DNA of 64,000 bases. Origin: a virus (Duplodnaviria > Caudoviricetes). Location: IMG/VR virus record IMGVR_UViG_3300025018_000093; one strand, written 5' to 3'. The stretch's first letter is position 1, and the number at the start of each line of letters is the position of its first letter. The position numbers and the translations under genes are program-made. Below, in pieces: positions 21,552 to 31,228 of this stretch. Under the pieces are notes generated by a model. It had not been told where the DNA came from. It worked only from the letters and a program-made list of their open reading frames with translations, and ran no database searches.

Positions 21552-21574
21552 ACTGGTAGATGCTTTCTGCCAGT
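21552..21574 (+). promoter_or_regulatory. Intergenic RNA hairpin (9-bp stem with one G-U pair)
   Basis: ACTGGTAGA-tgctt-TCTGCCAGT just after the 1834-aa gene. No immediate U-tract. Confidence 0.3.
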
Positions 21575-21683
21575 AGCAAGCCGCTTTTCGATCCTTGGGC
21601 GTGGCGGTACAGTGACATCCCCTGTTCACGTTAGCAAGCCTATCACGGCACCAAGGTAGACGTGCTCGGCTGGAGGAAACCGG

Positions 21684-22331
21684 ATGCTTCGGGGACAAAC
21701 ACACAAAGACAGGATGGCACGGGCCAGAACAGGGGTGAAGATGGGGCTGTCGCAAGCACTCACCGAAGCCCATGCAATCAGGCAGGCTCACGGTCGGTTC
21801 ATCTTTGATCTTCGAGACCTTTCCGGTCGGCCGTTGGCCTACTGGGAGCGCGACAACATCATCGTTTTGGATGCTGGTATCCAGGCGGCGAGGTTGTTCA
21901 AAGACCCCCTGGAACCCACACATGGCATCAACATGCTTGCTGTGGGGACAGGAGCTTCCGGAGCCCTTCTTTCTCCAGATGCCCCAGATCCCCGCCAACG
22001 TAGGTTGAATGCGGAGGTGGCTCGCAAAGGATTTTCTTCTTCGACCTTCCGGGACTCCGGGGGGACGGCGGTGGGCTATCCCACGAACATTGTGGATTAC
22101 ACAACGACGTTCGGGGAAGCGGAGGCAGTCGGGGCTTTGAATGAGATGGGGGTCATCTCCACGATTTCGGACAACCCCAGCACGAAGAATCCGAATCCGG
22201 ATGCCTTTCCGACCTACACGAACACGTTGGACATTTCCAACTACGACGTGCAGATCAACTATTTAACGTTTGGGGTCATTTCCAAGCCAAGCGCCTCAGT
22301 TCTCACAATCACATGGAGGTTGAGTTTCTGA
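21684..22331 (+). CDS. Tail collar / baseplate-fibre junction-like protein
   Basis: GGAGG at 21672-21676. NIIVLDAG...MLAVGTG...PDPRQRRLNAEVARK...TTTFGEAEAVGALNEMG resembles tail-collar-fibre N-terminal domains. Confidence 0.6.
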   Translation: MLRGQTHKDRMARARTGVKMGLSQALTEAHAIRQAHGRFIFDLRDLSGRPLAYWERDNIIVLDAGIQAARLFKDPLEPTHGINMLAVGTGASGALLSPDAPDPRQRRLNAEVARKGFSSSTFRDSGGTAVGYPTNIVDYTTTFGEAEAVGALNEMGVISTISDNPSTKNPNPDAFPTYTNTLDISNYDVQINYLTFGVISKPSASVLTITWRLSF

Positions 22332-23206
22332 TGCAGGCGCTGGTAGAGACCCTGAAAGTCTGCTCTGGTTGTGGGAAATCAAAGACCCCGCTTGAGTTTA
22401 CGAAAAAAAAGAGTAGCCCCGATGGGCTGGGGTCTTATTGCTTTGCGTGCCATCGTGCAAAGTGTCGAGAATACTACCTGGCAAACAAAGAAAAGATGAA
22501 CGCGGCTTCCAGGGAAAATTACCGGTACAACCGCGAACACTATCTGGAACTGAACAGGAAACGGTACGTGGAGAACCGGGATCAGTATCGAGCTACAAAC
22601 GATGCCTGGAACGCTCAGCATAAAGAGAAAATGGATGCCTACTACCGGGACCGCCTCAACGGCACGAGAGCGTGGGTACGGTCTCTGAAAGAGGGGTGTC
22701 TTTGCGTAGATTGCGGGGGGCTTTTCCCCCCAGAGGTCTTGGAGTACGACCACATCAAGGGTGTGAAGAGACATAACATCGCGAAGATGGCAAACCATAG
22801 CCGAAAGCAGATTCTCAAGGAGATCGCCAAGTGCGAATTGGTTTGCTGCAACTGCCACCGGATTCGTTCCCACCAGCGTCGGAAGCTCCCTTGGACTAAA
22901 AGATTGGTTTTGTATCGGGCTTGGATAGCGGAGATGAAAAAAAGTCCCTGTGCGGATTGTGGATTTGTGTCCCCCCCTGAAGCGATGGACTTTGACCATG
23001 TGCGTGGGGGAAAAATCCAGCAAGTCACCGATATGTGGTCCTGGGGTCGGGATAAAGTGCTAGCTGAGATCGCCAAGTGCGATCTTGTATGTGGTAACTG
23101 CCATCGTATCAGGACCGTTTCCCGGCAAGCGGATTCTTTTGACTTGTGCAGCACGACACCTGTGACAGCTTCCTCTGAGCCCCCAATTCACCGAGAGAAC
23201 GTCTGA
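22331..23206 (+). mobile_element. Free-standing homing-type endonuclease gene with an N-terminal CxxC zinc finger and two tandem HNH domains
   Basis: CSGC...CFAC finger, then CVDCG...LEYDH...KCELVCCNCHRIR and CADCG...MDFDH...KCDLVCGNCHRIR. ATG 22331 overlaps the upstream TGA. TCTGATG occurs at both gene junctions. Confidence 0.8.
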
Positions 23207-26200
23207 TGACCGAGAAGTTCTACAACGTACAGAACACGCCGAATACAGTGTCGGCGGATCGTGACCCAGACGAGCGCGGCTTTCTGGGGACGGTGGTCCA
23301 GAGTGGCAAGCCGGTAATTGACTATGAGTTTCAACTCTTCTGGGATATCCAGGCAAATCTTCGGGAGGTGGTGCGTCGTCGCCAGCTCCCTTCTGGATTC
23401 CTGAAGGGTCAGGCGCGCAAAGACAGTTATCTTGACTTCAGCTTTGATGCACCAACGGATGTCGGGTTCACAGCTAACACGTTCCACATGCGACGTCAAA
23501 CGGCCATCGTGGCAGGAATGCCCGTGGTGGTCGAGTACACGGGGACGAGCACACCGGGTGACAACCTCATCCAGCTCAGTGATCCGCCTATTCTTGGCGG
23601 GACTTCCCCAGATGTGAAGCGGACGGACTTCGTGTTCCTGGAAGTCTGGTTGGCTCTCGTAGGCCCCTCTCCAAGGGCGCGCGGCACGGTCACGGTGAGC
23701 ACAGTGCCCACCGATGGGGACACCGTCACGATCAACGGGAACGTCCTGACGGCACGTTCCGGTGTTCCCGGGGCGGATGAGTTCCAGATTGGAGTGAATG
23801 AAACTCTGACGGCTGCGAACATGGCTGTGTCCATTAACCTGGGGACTAACAGCTATTCCGGGGATGTTGCGGCTTTTGCCTCTGGGGGTGTGGTTACCTT
23901 GACCGCGCAAACACCGGGGGCTGTTGGAAATGCGCTGACCCTCGCCACCTCCGTCCCCTCAGTGCTCGTCCTCTCAGGCCCAACCCTGACGGGTGGTGCG
24001 AATCGTCCCAACAAGCCAAACGAGACTTCGCTCTATCGCCATGGAAACACCCTCTGTGATTCAGCGGTGTATCTCCAGGATGACCTAGCAGATCCCCTTG
24101 TTGTGGTTGAATCTGCGCAACGTATTCAGGTGCAATATCGTTTGCGTACAACGGGGCAAGCGGAAGCGGTCAACTTCCAGATGCAGCCTGACGGCTTTAG
24201 CAGTCCCAATGTTTTGGCACAGGGCGGGGAGTCTTCCCCCGTGGCGAGCTACTACTTTGTCCCTGCTGACCAGACCACGGTTAGTGGAAACAGCGACGCC
24301 ACGACCTACAAGCACACGGACCCAGGACTTTGGATTGCGGGTGATGGCTCCTCCACAGCTGCGGCGGCACTCCAGACTTTGGATGGCCGTGTCTACGCGA
24401 TCCCCGTGGGGTTCGTGTTTCGCCGCAACGATGCCTACTTGTCCGGGGCCGGGGCGGGGTTCGATCCTCGCAACAATGCGAATGGCGCTCTCCCAACGGT
24501 GCATGCGATCTTCTCGAATCCCTTTGTGGGGTCCATCGCAGCGAACACCTCAGACCGTCCTGACAATGCGTTCTCCGATGCGATCAACGAGAATGATCTT
24601 CTCGACCTACGCCGACATGTGACGACACTGGGGCATGACCTGCAGAGTGAGCTTCAGTGGCAGATGCAGTCTCTCCTAGACGGGATGACACGCACATGGG
24701 CTATTGACACCTCCGACAAACAGGACCTTGGTTCGGGCTCTGGCGACGTGTCCACTCGTTTTTTGGTTGCCAACGAAATCGGTCGTGACTCCGGGCATGG
24801 TGGGAATAACAGCACCTCTGGAGATACAACCCGAGGCGTGACCATTCGCAATTTCGACCATATGGCAAGACGGTTTGGGGACCAGTCCGTGATTGAACGG
24901 GTTGTCTTCGAGCTATACCCTCAGGACCGTCTCATCGGTCCCGTGACGTCTCCTGGCAGAGTCAACTCTGGGAAGTACGTTGTGAAGTCCCCTTCTGCCC
25001 CAGGTAACGCAGGGTGGTTTGTGGGCGATGTTCTGCACGTCGACTTGACTTCAATGAACGTTTCCACGGATGGTACCTTTGATCCTGCCACCTCAAGTCT
25101 TGCAGCGATACTGGAGAACATCCTAGACTTCGCTCCACCGGGGACGGTCATCACAGACATCCTCTCGGTGTATCACGATGATGGCAACTGGAGTTCGGCG
25201 GTCGATCAGAGAGTCCAAGTCACCACCATTGTGGGCTTGGGCACGGGCCATGTGGAGATCACCCTAGACGAGAACCCACAGCTCGTATCCGGGGGTCAGA
25301 CGATTAGCGCTGCCGCAACAGGAACTGTCCTGCTGACTGCAAATCCTTCTCCTGGGGATACGGTGACCATAGCGGGTGTGGTTCTTGTTGGTGTCGCACT
25401 TGGAAGCCCTCCTGGACCCAACCAGTTCACCATTGACGGTACCATCCCCGAGACCGTGGCAGGGCTCCGTAGCTCGATTAATTCCAACATCCCTGCGGTT
25501 CACGCAGCAGCCGTCGGGTTTGGGGGAGCCCAACTCGACCTCTCGGCAACAACTCTGGGTGCTGCAGGCAACTCAATTGGTCTCTCGACAAGTAACCCCA
25601 CGGACATAGTGTTTTCTGGTTCCACTCTCACAGGTGGTCGGGATGGAGTCACTGTCACACCGATGGTGGGATCCGGCACGGATGATACGGGATCTCCACG
25701 GAGAATCTTCGTGGAGCTAGAGGTTACCTATGCCCTGGGTAACGGTCTGACGGATACTCCAGACTACCCCGTGACTCCGAATGTGCTGAACTACCCTGCA
25801 GGCCCTGTCCTTGAAAACGATGTCACGCAGAGACCTGCTGACATGGAAGGTTTGATCCCACCCAAGTTCAGGGAGGGATTTCGAGAGATTGGTGTGGAGT
25901 ACGTGGCGGGAGCCAACGGAGCTGGTACCCCCATTGGGGGTATCATCACGGAGCAGTTTGTCAGTCGAAGCCCCACAGAGATCGTCTTCCTTCGACGTCT
26001 GTATGGTTCTTCCACGGCGCTGGTCAACGTGACGGATGCAAACACGGTATCCCCCGTGCCCGTAGACGTTACCAACACCGAGTATGGGAGTAGCTCTCGC
26101 AAGTTGGTCCTGGGCGGTGCTCTCTCGGGAGCACAAACGTTAGCCACGGTGACCTACTTTGCACAAGATCCGTTGCCCAACTATGGGGCAGCTGGGGGTG

Positions 26201-26865
26201 GATACCAAATCACCACCTATTTTAGGTCCACAGCTCCCCAGACAGTGGGTGTCAAAGATGGACTCATGTATGGTGGTGGAGGACCTCTTCCGCAGACGTT
26301 GGTGGTTGAGCCCTTGCTCATGTCGCAGAAGCTATGGACGGGGCAGACGGGTACGGGATCTCTTGATCCTTCCTACCCCTTTGCTCTTCCTATGGACCAG
26401 ATCCCCGTCAACCAAGGTCTTGGGTTTTTCCCCGGAGAGTGGTACTTCTGTGCCACCTCTGAGATCAGCATTGACGACTTCAACGCAGACACAGGTCTTC
26501 TGCACCTTCCTGTCTTCGTGCCTCCAGCAGAGACAGTGCAGTTCTCCTTTGGTGGTGGGTCTAACCCCCCTGCAAAGGATATTGAGTTCCGGGCCTTCTA
26601 TGGATTCGCGGAGGATACTGCGTATCGCCCGACGGTCCTGTCACAGCCGCTTTCCGGGGTTGTGCGACACAAGGTGTTTACACCCTTCCTGGCACGAGCT
26701 ACAGAGGACTGTCTCTTGTTCCGTAAGGATGAGGTGCTGCTGATGGTGCTGACGCGGTGGGCGGAACTTGACGAGAACAACGCGGTACGCTTCACGGATA
26801 CGGACAACCGTACTTGTGTTGGGGTGTACCGGACTCGTAATTTACTGGTCCTCGCGGGGGACTGA
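23206..26865 (+). CDS. Large virion structural protein, paralogue of 31229-36724
   Basis: Shares ordered blocks with the 31229 protein (DFVFLEVW, R.Q.QYR.R, DG.VYAIP...FRRN, RPD..FSD.I...D.LDLRR). Contains two copies of a ~105 aa beta-sandwich module. Confidence 0.65.
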   Translation: MTEKFYNVQNTPNTVSADRDPDERGFLGTVVQSGKPVIDYEFQLFWDIQANLREVVRRRQLPSGFLKGQARKDSYLDFSFDAPTDVGFTANTFHMRRQTAIVAGMPVVVEYTGTSTPGDNLIQLSDPPILGGTSPDVKRTDFVFLEVWLALVGPSPRARGTVTVSTVPTDGDTVTINGNVLTARSGVPGADEFQIGVNETLTAANMAVSINLGTNSYSGDVAAFASGGVVTLTAQTPGAVGNALTLATSVPSVLVLSGPTLTGGANRPNKPNETSLYRHGNTLCDSAVYLQDDLADPLVVVESAQRIQVQYRLRTTGQAEAVNFQMQPDGFSSPNVLAQGGESSPVASYYFVPADQTTVSGNSDATTYKHTDPGLWIAGDGSSTAAAALQTLDGRVYAIPVGFVFRRNDAYLSGAGAGFDPRNNANGALPTVHAIFSNPFVGSIAANTSDRPDNAFSDAINENDLLDLRRHVTTLGHDLQSELQWQMQSLLDGMTRTWAIDTSDKQDLGSGSGDVSTRFLVANEIGRDSGHGGNNSTSGDTTRGVTIRNFDHMARRFGDQSVIERVVFELYPQDRLIGPVTSPGRVNSGKYVVKSPSAPGNAGWFVGDVLHVDLTSMNVSTDGTFDPATSSLAAILENILDFAPPGTVITDILSVYHDDGNWSSAVDQRVQVTTIVGLGTGHVEITLDENPQLVSGGQTISAAATGTVLLTANPSPGDTVTIAGVVLVGVALGSPPGPNQFTIDGTIPETVAGLRSSINSNIPAVHAAAVGFGGAQLDLSATTLGAAGNSIGLSTSNPTDIVFSGSTLTGGRDGVTVTPMVGSGTDDTGSPRRIFVELEVTYALGNGLTDTPDYPVTPNVLNYPAGPVLENDVTQRPADMEGLIPPKFREGFREIGVEYVAGANGAGTPIGGIITEQFVSRSPTEIVFLRRLYGSSTALVNVTDANTVSPVPVDVTNTEYGSSSRKLVLGGALSGAQTLATVTYFAQDPLPNYGAAGGGYQITTYFRSTAPQTVGVKDGLMYGGGGPLPQTLVVEPLLMSQKLWTGQTGTGSLDPSYPFALPMDQIPVNQGLGFFPGEWYFCATSEISIDDFNADTGLLHLPVFVPPAETVQFSFGGGSNPPAKDIEFRAFYGFAEDTAYRPTVLSQPLSGVVRHKVFTPFLARATEDCLLFRKDEVLLMVLTRWAELDENNAVRFTDTDNRTCVGVYRTRNLLVLAGD

Positions 26866-26901
26866 GACTAGCTCTACAGATGAGAACAGGAGAGGGATAC
26901 A

Positions 26902-29900
26902 ATGCCTCGAAAGATTGATCCGGGCACAATCAAGATCGGTGGAGGTCTGAAGACCTCTCAGCAGGAGCCCACGAGCCTTCTTGGGGAAATATCTGCGAGC
27001 CTCACAGAGCACGTCACGACCTATTCGGGTGCCCATACCGCCGCCTCGATTGAGATTGATGGGTATCCCCCACAGTTCATCTCCCGGAATGTCGAGGGTG
27101 CCCTTGATGAGCTGTCTGCTTTGATTCCTCCGCGACCAGCTGTCCTGGGTTCCTACCGTACAGGGGTAGGGGATTCCGGAATTCCAGACTGGGGTATCTT
27201 GAAGCTTAACGATTCCTCCCTGGATGAGCGACCCTGGATGGTGAGTTGGGGTGGTAGCGGGGCGGAGGAGATTTACGGTTACTACTACACTGCCCCCACA
27301 CCGAGGCTCGCGGCTACGGACTATGCTCCCCGTGGAGCGGATGACACTACGGACTCCACGTTCAATGTCTATGACTTGAAAACTCCTGGTGGTGGACCAG
27401 GGCAGAGCCATGCAGGAGCCTTCACCCGTATCGTGGGGACGGATCACCCGGCGATTCAGTCACTGCGTCTCCTCCCATCCTCGGGACCCACCGGAGGTCA
27501 GAGTGTTCTTTTGTCCGGGGTTCTGTACCCCGCAGACAAGGGTGTTCTGGCTCTTGTTTGTTGGCCCGCTGGTGGAGATACTTCCGACTTTCTGGCGCAA
27601 GACCTGAAGACGAGATGTCCTGCGGCGTTGCTTCTGGGCTTGGGTGTTGACTCCGGTTGCGATGGACTAGTTGGTGGCATTTTCACCCTGGGGGACGATG
27701 GCACAGGGAACTATGATCCCTTTGCTTTCCCAGGGCAAGCCACGGGTCAGTATGACCTTCAAGAGTTGAACAGTGGTCTGTCCACGATTGATGGCACGCC
27801 ACTGCCGATCACGGCAAACCCCGGAGCGGGTCAGGTACGTCTGGGCACAAACCCTGGAGCGGGTCCTGTTGTGACGGATGGGATTACGATTCTGGGTGGG
27901 GGTGTCTCTTCCATTGGAGGTGGCTCTGCGGGTGTTGACAGCGATTTCACCAACTTCTTCCGTTATCGTCTTCCGTACCTGTCAGACTACAGCGATGGCA
28001 TTCTGGGACTCCCCTATACGCCAGCAGCGGACAAGCCTCGTTACTACATGAAGCCATTGATCTCGCTGTCCACCGGAACAGACATGCGGCAGGCCGGGGA
28101 TTACACAGACTTCACGAAGGACTATTGGACCTTCCAGGTTGCTCGCTACCGGCATTTCTTTGAGATGGATGATACGTTGCTCACGGCGGGAACGCCCCGC
28201 GAGAATGGTACGTACCTGCTTCTGCATTTCAAGACGGAAGCTGCTTTTGAGGCATTGGTACGGGACGGTGTGGCTCCTGCGGATACGGACTTGTACAGTC
28301 GAAATCTGGTGGACTGGACGAACCCAGAGTCCCCGGAGAATATCGCGGACAATGATCCGGCTAACGGATACCCCCAGGCTAGCAGCTACCATGTGGTGCG
28401 TTCGGCAGTCTTCGAAGACCCTGCGGGTCTTGATGATCCCACTGTCACGATTGCGTCTTTTGCCATCGACAGAAATGGTGGTGTGGATGAGGGTCTCGCG
28501 ACCTGGGTTAGTGGCATTGCTTACTACTCCCCAATCACTTCTATGGGAGCCAGTCCTTTCCGTATTGACGACTTGAGTTTCACGGTCCACGACTTGTTTG
28601 CGCATACGTACCACACGGCAGAACCAGGTGTTTCCGCAGGGGGTGCCTACCTTGGAAACATGAATCCTGCTGTGGTCAATTTAGCGCCCTTCAGCTATGA
28701 GGGTACGACAATGTTTGTGGGCTTCACACCGCAGCTTGTCGCCCGGCAACGCTTGGAGTTTGCCTACGGGGACTTGGGAGCCTATTTGATCACGGATGGT
28801 CCCTTGTCCACAGACGTGGCAACTTTCTCTGCAGGAGAAAGCGAGATCCAGCTTCAAGGTGACGGCTCTTCGCCAGCTTTCTCGCAAGATGCGAAGATGC
28901 GACTGTTCCTGCGTCGTCCCTTGGGGCACGAGTCTGTCAGCACTACAATCCTTCCCTTCCCCTCCGTGCCGATACCTGAAGTGGGTGGGAAGAAGATTCT
29001 CTTCCACTCGACAAAGGGAAGCGCGGGTGCGTTCGGGAACATCGAGACAGCAGTTGGTTCAGGGGTGCCCACGTCTTCTTTGCAGAGTGCCCTGAAGGAT
29101 CGCTCGGAGCGATTCCTGGATGAGGTTTACCGCTATCGCATGAAGTGGGACAGCGGGACGTTGCCGGCAGCGGATGCTAGCAAATTGTTGGGTCCTGGCC
29201 TTCCCACGGGAGCTTCGAGTATCGACCTCCCTGTTCGTGCCGGAGATGGAGCCACCTTCGGGGCTCCTTGGGATTCTGTTTCCTGGTTTGCGCAGCGAGA
29301 CTTTGTTGCGCAGCTTTCTGCTGTTCCAGGCGAAGAGGCGCAAGTTGCAGGGTTACCTGAACGTGCGCCTACCTTGGCTCAGACTTACCCCCTCTGGTCA
29401 CCCTTTCCTTCATGTGGTCTCCTTAGCTACCCGAAGCATGACTACAGCGTAGGGTATCGTCCTTCGCTAGCAGATGGGGACCTCACGGCGGCACAATGGG
29501 ACTACAGTGGCATCACTGGGGATTGCTCCTGGAACCGTGCCTTTGATGCGGGGTGGTCCCGGTCTGGCGTGCCGATAGCTGCTGCGGGCCAGCCCTTTGT
29601 GACACTGAAGATATTGGGGCTTCGTTTGGAAGACTTCGCCTATGACAGTCCCGGCCCAGGGTCTGCCGCCATTGCTATCTTTGTCAAAGTCCCAGGCCTC
29701 ACAACTTGGATGGACATTGGTCGTGCAGACGGGGATGGTCCTGGCAAGCAGGACTCTTGGGACGATGGCGCGGGTTGCCAAGTCGTTGGAGCTGAAACTT
29801 TCGATGCCATCGATGTCGATTCGCAATGGCTGTGGTACAGCCAGGTCAAGATCACGGCTGACCCTGTTAACCTGTTCACGAACGCCTGGGGTGAAGTTCC

Positions 29901-30030
29901 CATACTCGTCAAGGTCACCATCAAGGACAGTACCGAGGGGAGAAGTTTGGACCTCTTGCAAACAACAGCAGAGGGTGCTCCAACTTGGTTGCGAGGGGTA
30001 ATGGGGATTGAGGTTGTTCGACCTACGTAG
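26902..30030 (+). CDS. Large virion structural protein (1042 aa)
   Basis: Purine-rich SD-like GGAGAGGG upstream. AHTAASI...NVEGALDEL motif. G/P/D/T-rich composition and tail-operon context. Confidence 0.6.
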   Translation: MPRKIDPGTIKIGGGLKTSQQEPTSLLGEISASLTEHVTTYSGAHTAASIEIDGYPPQFISRNVEGALDELSALIPPRPAVLGSYRTGVGDSGIPDWGILKLNDSSLDERPWMVSWGGSGAEEIYGYYYTAPTPRLAATDYAPRGADDTTDSTFNVYDLKTPGGGPGQSHAGAFTRIVGTDHPAIQSLRLLPSSGPTGGQSVLLSGVLYPADKGVLALVCWPAGGDTSDFLAQDLKTRCPAALLLGLGVDSGCDGLVGGIFTLGDDGTGNYDPFAFPGQATGQYDLQELNSGLSTIDGTPLPITANPGAGQVRLGTNPGAGPVVTDGITILGGGVSSIGGGSAGVDSDFTNFFRYRLPYLSDYSDGILGLPYTPAADKPRYYMKPLISLSTGTDMRQAGDYTDFTKDYWTFQVARYRHFFEMDDTLLTAGTPRENGTYLLLHFKTEAAFEALVRDGVAPADTDLYSRNLVDWTNPESPENIADNDPANGYPQASSYHVVRSAVFEDPAGLDDPTVTIASFAIDRNGGVDEGLATWVSGIAYYSPITSMGASPFRIDDLSFTVHDLFAHTYHTAEPGVSAGGAYLGNMNPAVVNLAPFSYEGTTMFVGFTPQLVARQRLEFAYGDLGAYLITDGPLSTDVATFSAGESEIQLQGDGSSPAFSQDAKMRLFLRRPLGHESVSTTILPFPSVPIPEVGGKKILFHSTKGSAGAFGNIETAVGSGVPTSSLQSALKDRSERFLDEVYRYRMKWDSGTLPAADASKLLGPGLPTGASSIDLPVRAGDGATFGAPWDSVSWFAQRDFVAQLSAVPGEEAQVAGLPERAPTLAQTYPLWSPFPSCGLLSYPKHDYSVGYRPSLADGDLTAAQWDYSGITGDCSWNRAFDAGWSRSGVPIAAAGQPFVTLKILGLRLEDFAYDSPGPGSAAIAIFVKVPGLTTWMDIGRADGDGPGKQDSWDDGAGCQVVGAETFDAIDVDSQWLWYSQVKITADPVNLFTNAWGEVPILVKVTIKDSTEGRSLDLLQTTAEGAPTWLRGVMGIEVVRPT

Positions 30031-30056
30031 TATCGTTTTCTGGTGGGAGCTAGCCA

Positions 30057-30839
30057 ATGAGAGTTCTGGCAGACCTTTCTTCGAATGACATTCTGCAAGT
30101 GGAGCGCTCCCGAAATATCGGGGAAGCGACCAAGATCAACGGAAAGTATCTCGTCGAGGTTCCTGCGGGGACCCTCAACGTAGATGCGTCATCCTACATG
30201 CTTCCGGTGGACGGTGGGGATGTCACTTCTTTGGCTTACCAGCAGTTGCAGAGCCGATTTTCCCAGTTTCCCAACATCGTGTTCAATCCTTTGTTGGAGA
30301 GTACAGACCAGGCGTTTTTCGATCTGAGTGCAACACTGGACAACAGCACGAATGCGGTACTCCCGGCTCCCTATACAGGGACCTTCCCCGTGCGGGCTCA
30401 GATGGGGAGAGAGGTACCCCCTGCAGGGTTGACTCCTCTATCTTTGGCTCTCCTTCCTCCGAACAGCCACACCACTCCTCCGAAGCCGGGTCTGCTCATC
30501 ACGGATGTGATTGACATCTCTGCGGTGACTGGAGGGTTGGGGGCCACGGACTTCCTGGTGTACTGGAAAGTCTACCAGATGTCCGTGACGGATGACGTCA
30601 TGAGCGACTACGGGATCTTGTCGGGGACTAACAGTCCCGCGATCAAGTCTCTGATTGAGATTGACCCAGAGCTATCAGGGTTCGTGGTGGCCATCTCTGT
30701 GGATGGGGGTGCCACCTACCAGCCCATCAGCCATTTGACTCCCACGTCGTTTTGCCTTGCAGGGACCGAGATTCGTCTTGCTTTCCTGAACACCACAGTC
30801 GAGAAGATTTACCTCGCGACCTACGCGATCCTGTTCTGA
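30057..30839 (+). CDS. Putative structural protein (260 aa) with one Asp-box-like motif
   Basis: SVDGGATY matches S-x-D-x-G-x-T-[WY]. Tail-operon context. Confidence 0.6.
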   Translation: MRVLADLSSNDILQVERSRNIGEATKINGKYLVEVPAGTLNVDASSYMLPVDGGDVTSLAYQQLQSRFSQFPNIVFNPLLESTDQAFFDLSATLDNSTNAVLPAPYTGTFPVRAQMGREVPPAGLTPLSLALLPPNSHTTPPKPGLLITDVIDISAVTGGLGATDFLVYWKVYQMSVTDDVMSDYGILSGTNSPAIKSLIEIDPELSGFVVAISVDGGATYQPISHLTPTSFCLAGTEIRLAFLNTTVEKIYLATYAILF

Positions 30840-30878
30840 GTTCTGCAGGTACCCCAGCGCGTTGAGACTGAGCCTACG

Positions 30879-30891
30879 CTATCCCTTCTAT
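30879..30891 (+). promoter_or_regulatory. Candidate regulatory motif CTATCCCTTCTAT, copy 2
   Basis: Identical to 7151-7163 and intergenic. Confidence 0.3.
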
Positions 30892-30951
30892 GCGCTGGGT
30901 AAACGGGGGAAGGTTTCGGGAACGTCCCGCGTCTCTAGTAGGAAAACTCTG

Positions 30952-31140
30952 ATGAAGTCGTCGAAACAGGTTGCTCAACGCTTTGCTGCGACTCTGGGTA
31001 TTGATACTGCGGATGCCCTGAGTCGCTTGCTCTCGCCCAAAAGTCCGGCAAAGGCACGCGGGAAGTTGGTCGACCTACACGGAAAAGCCTACCTAGTATT
31101 GCGATTGTCGGATGGCAACCGTCCTCTCCAGTTCCGATAA
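30952..31140 (+). CDS. Small basic hypothetical protein (62 aa)
   Basis: ATG 30952 with AGGA 8 nt upstream. Fills the gap between two structural genes. The track start (TTG 30862) overlaps the candidate motif. Confidence 0.45.
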   Translation: MKSSKQVAQRFAATLGIDTADALSRLLSPKSPAKARGKLVDLHGKAYLVLRLSDGNRPLQFR

Positions 31141-31228
31141 CCAACTCTCTGTTGGTTGTCCAGTGGACCAAATTCGAGAATGGTACCGCTGAAGTGATAG
31201 CTTACATCTCCTGAGCAGGTGGTCTCTC

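Noticed and set aside
22403-22410. A8 homopolymer in the HNH gene as a phase-variation or frameshift site
   Set aside because: The frame is intact (Lys codons), and no alternative-frame product with meaningful motifs was seen.
31139-31157. 7-bp hairpin AACCAAC-tctct-GTTGGTT as a terminator
   Set aside because: The stem is weak and AT-rich with no U-tract, and it sits inside a structural operon; not supportable.
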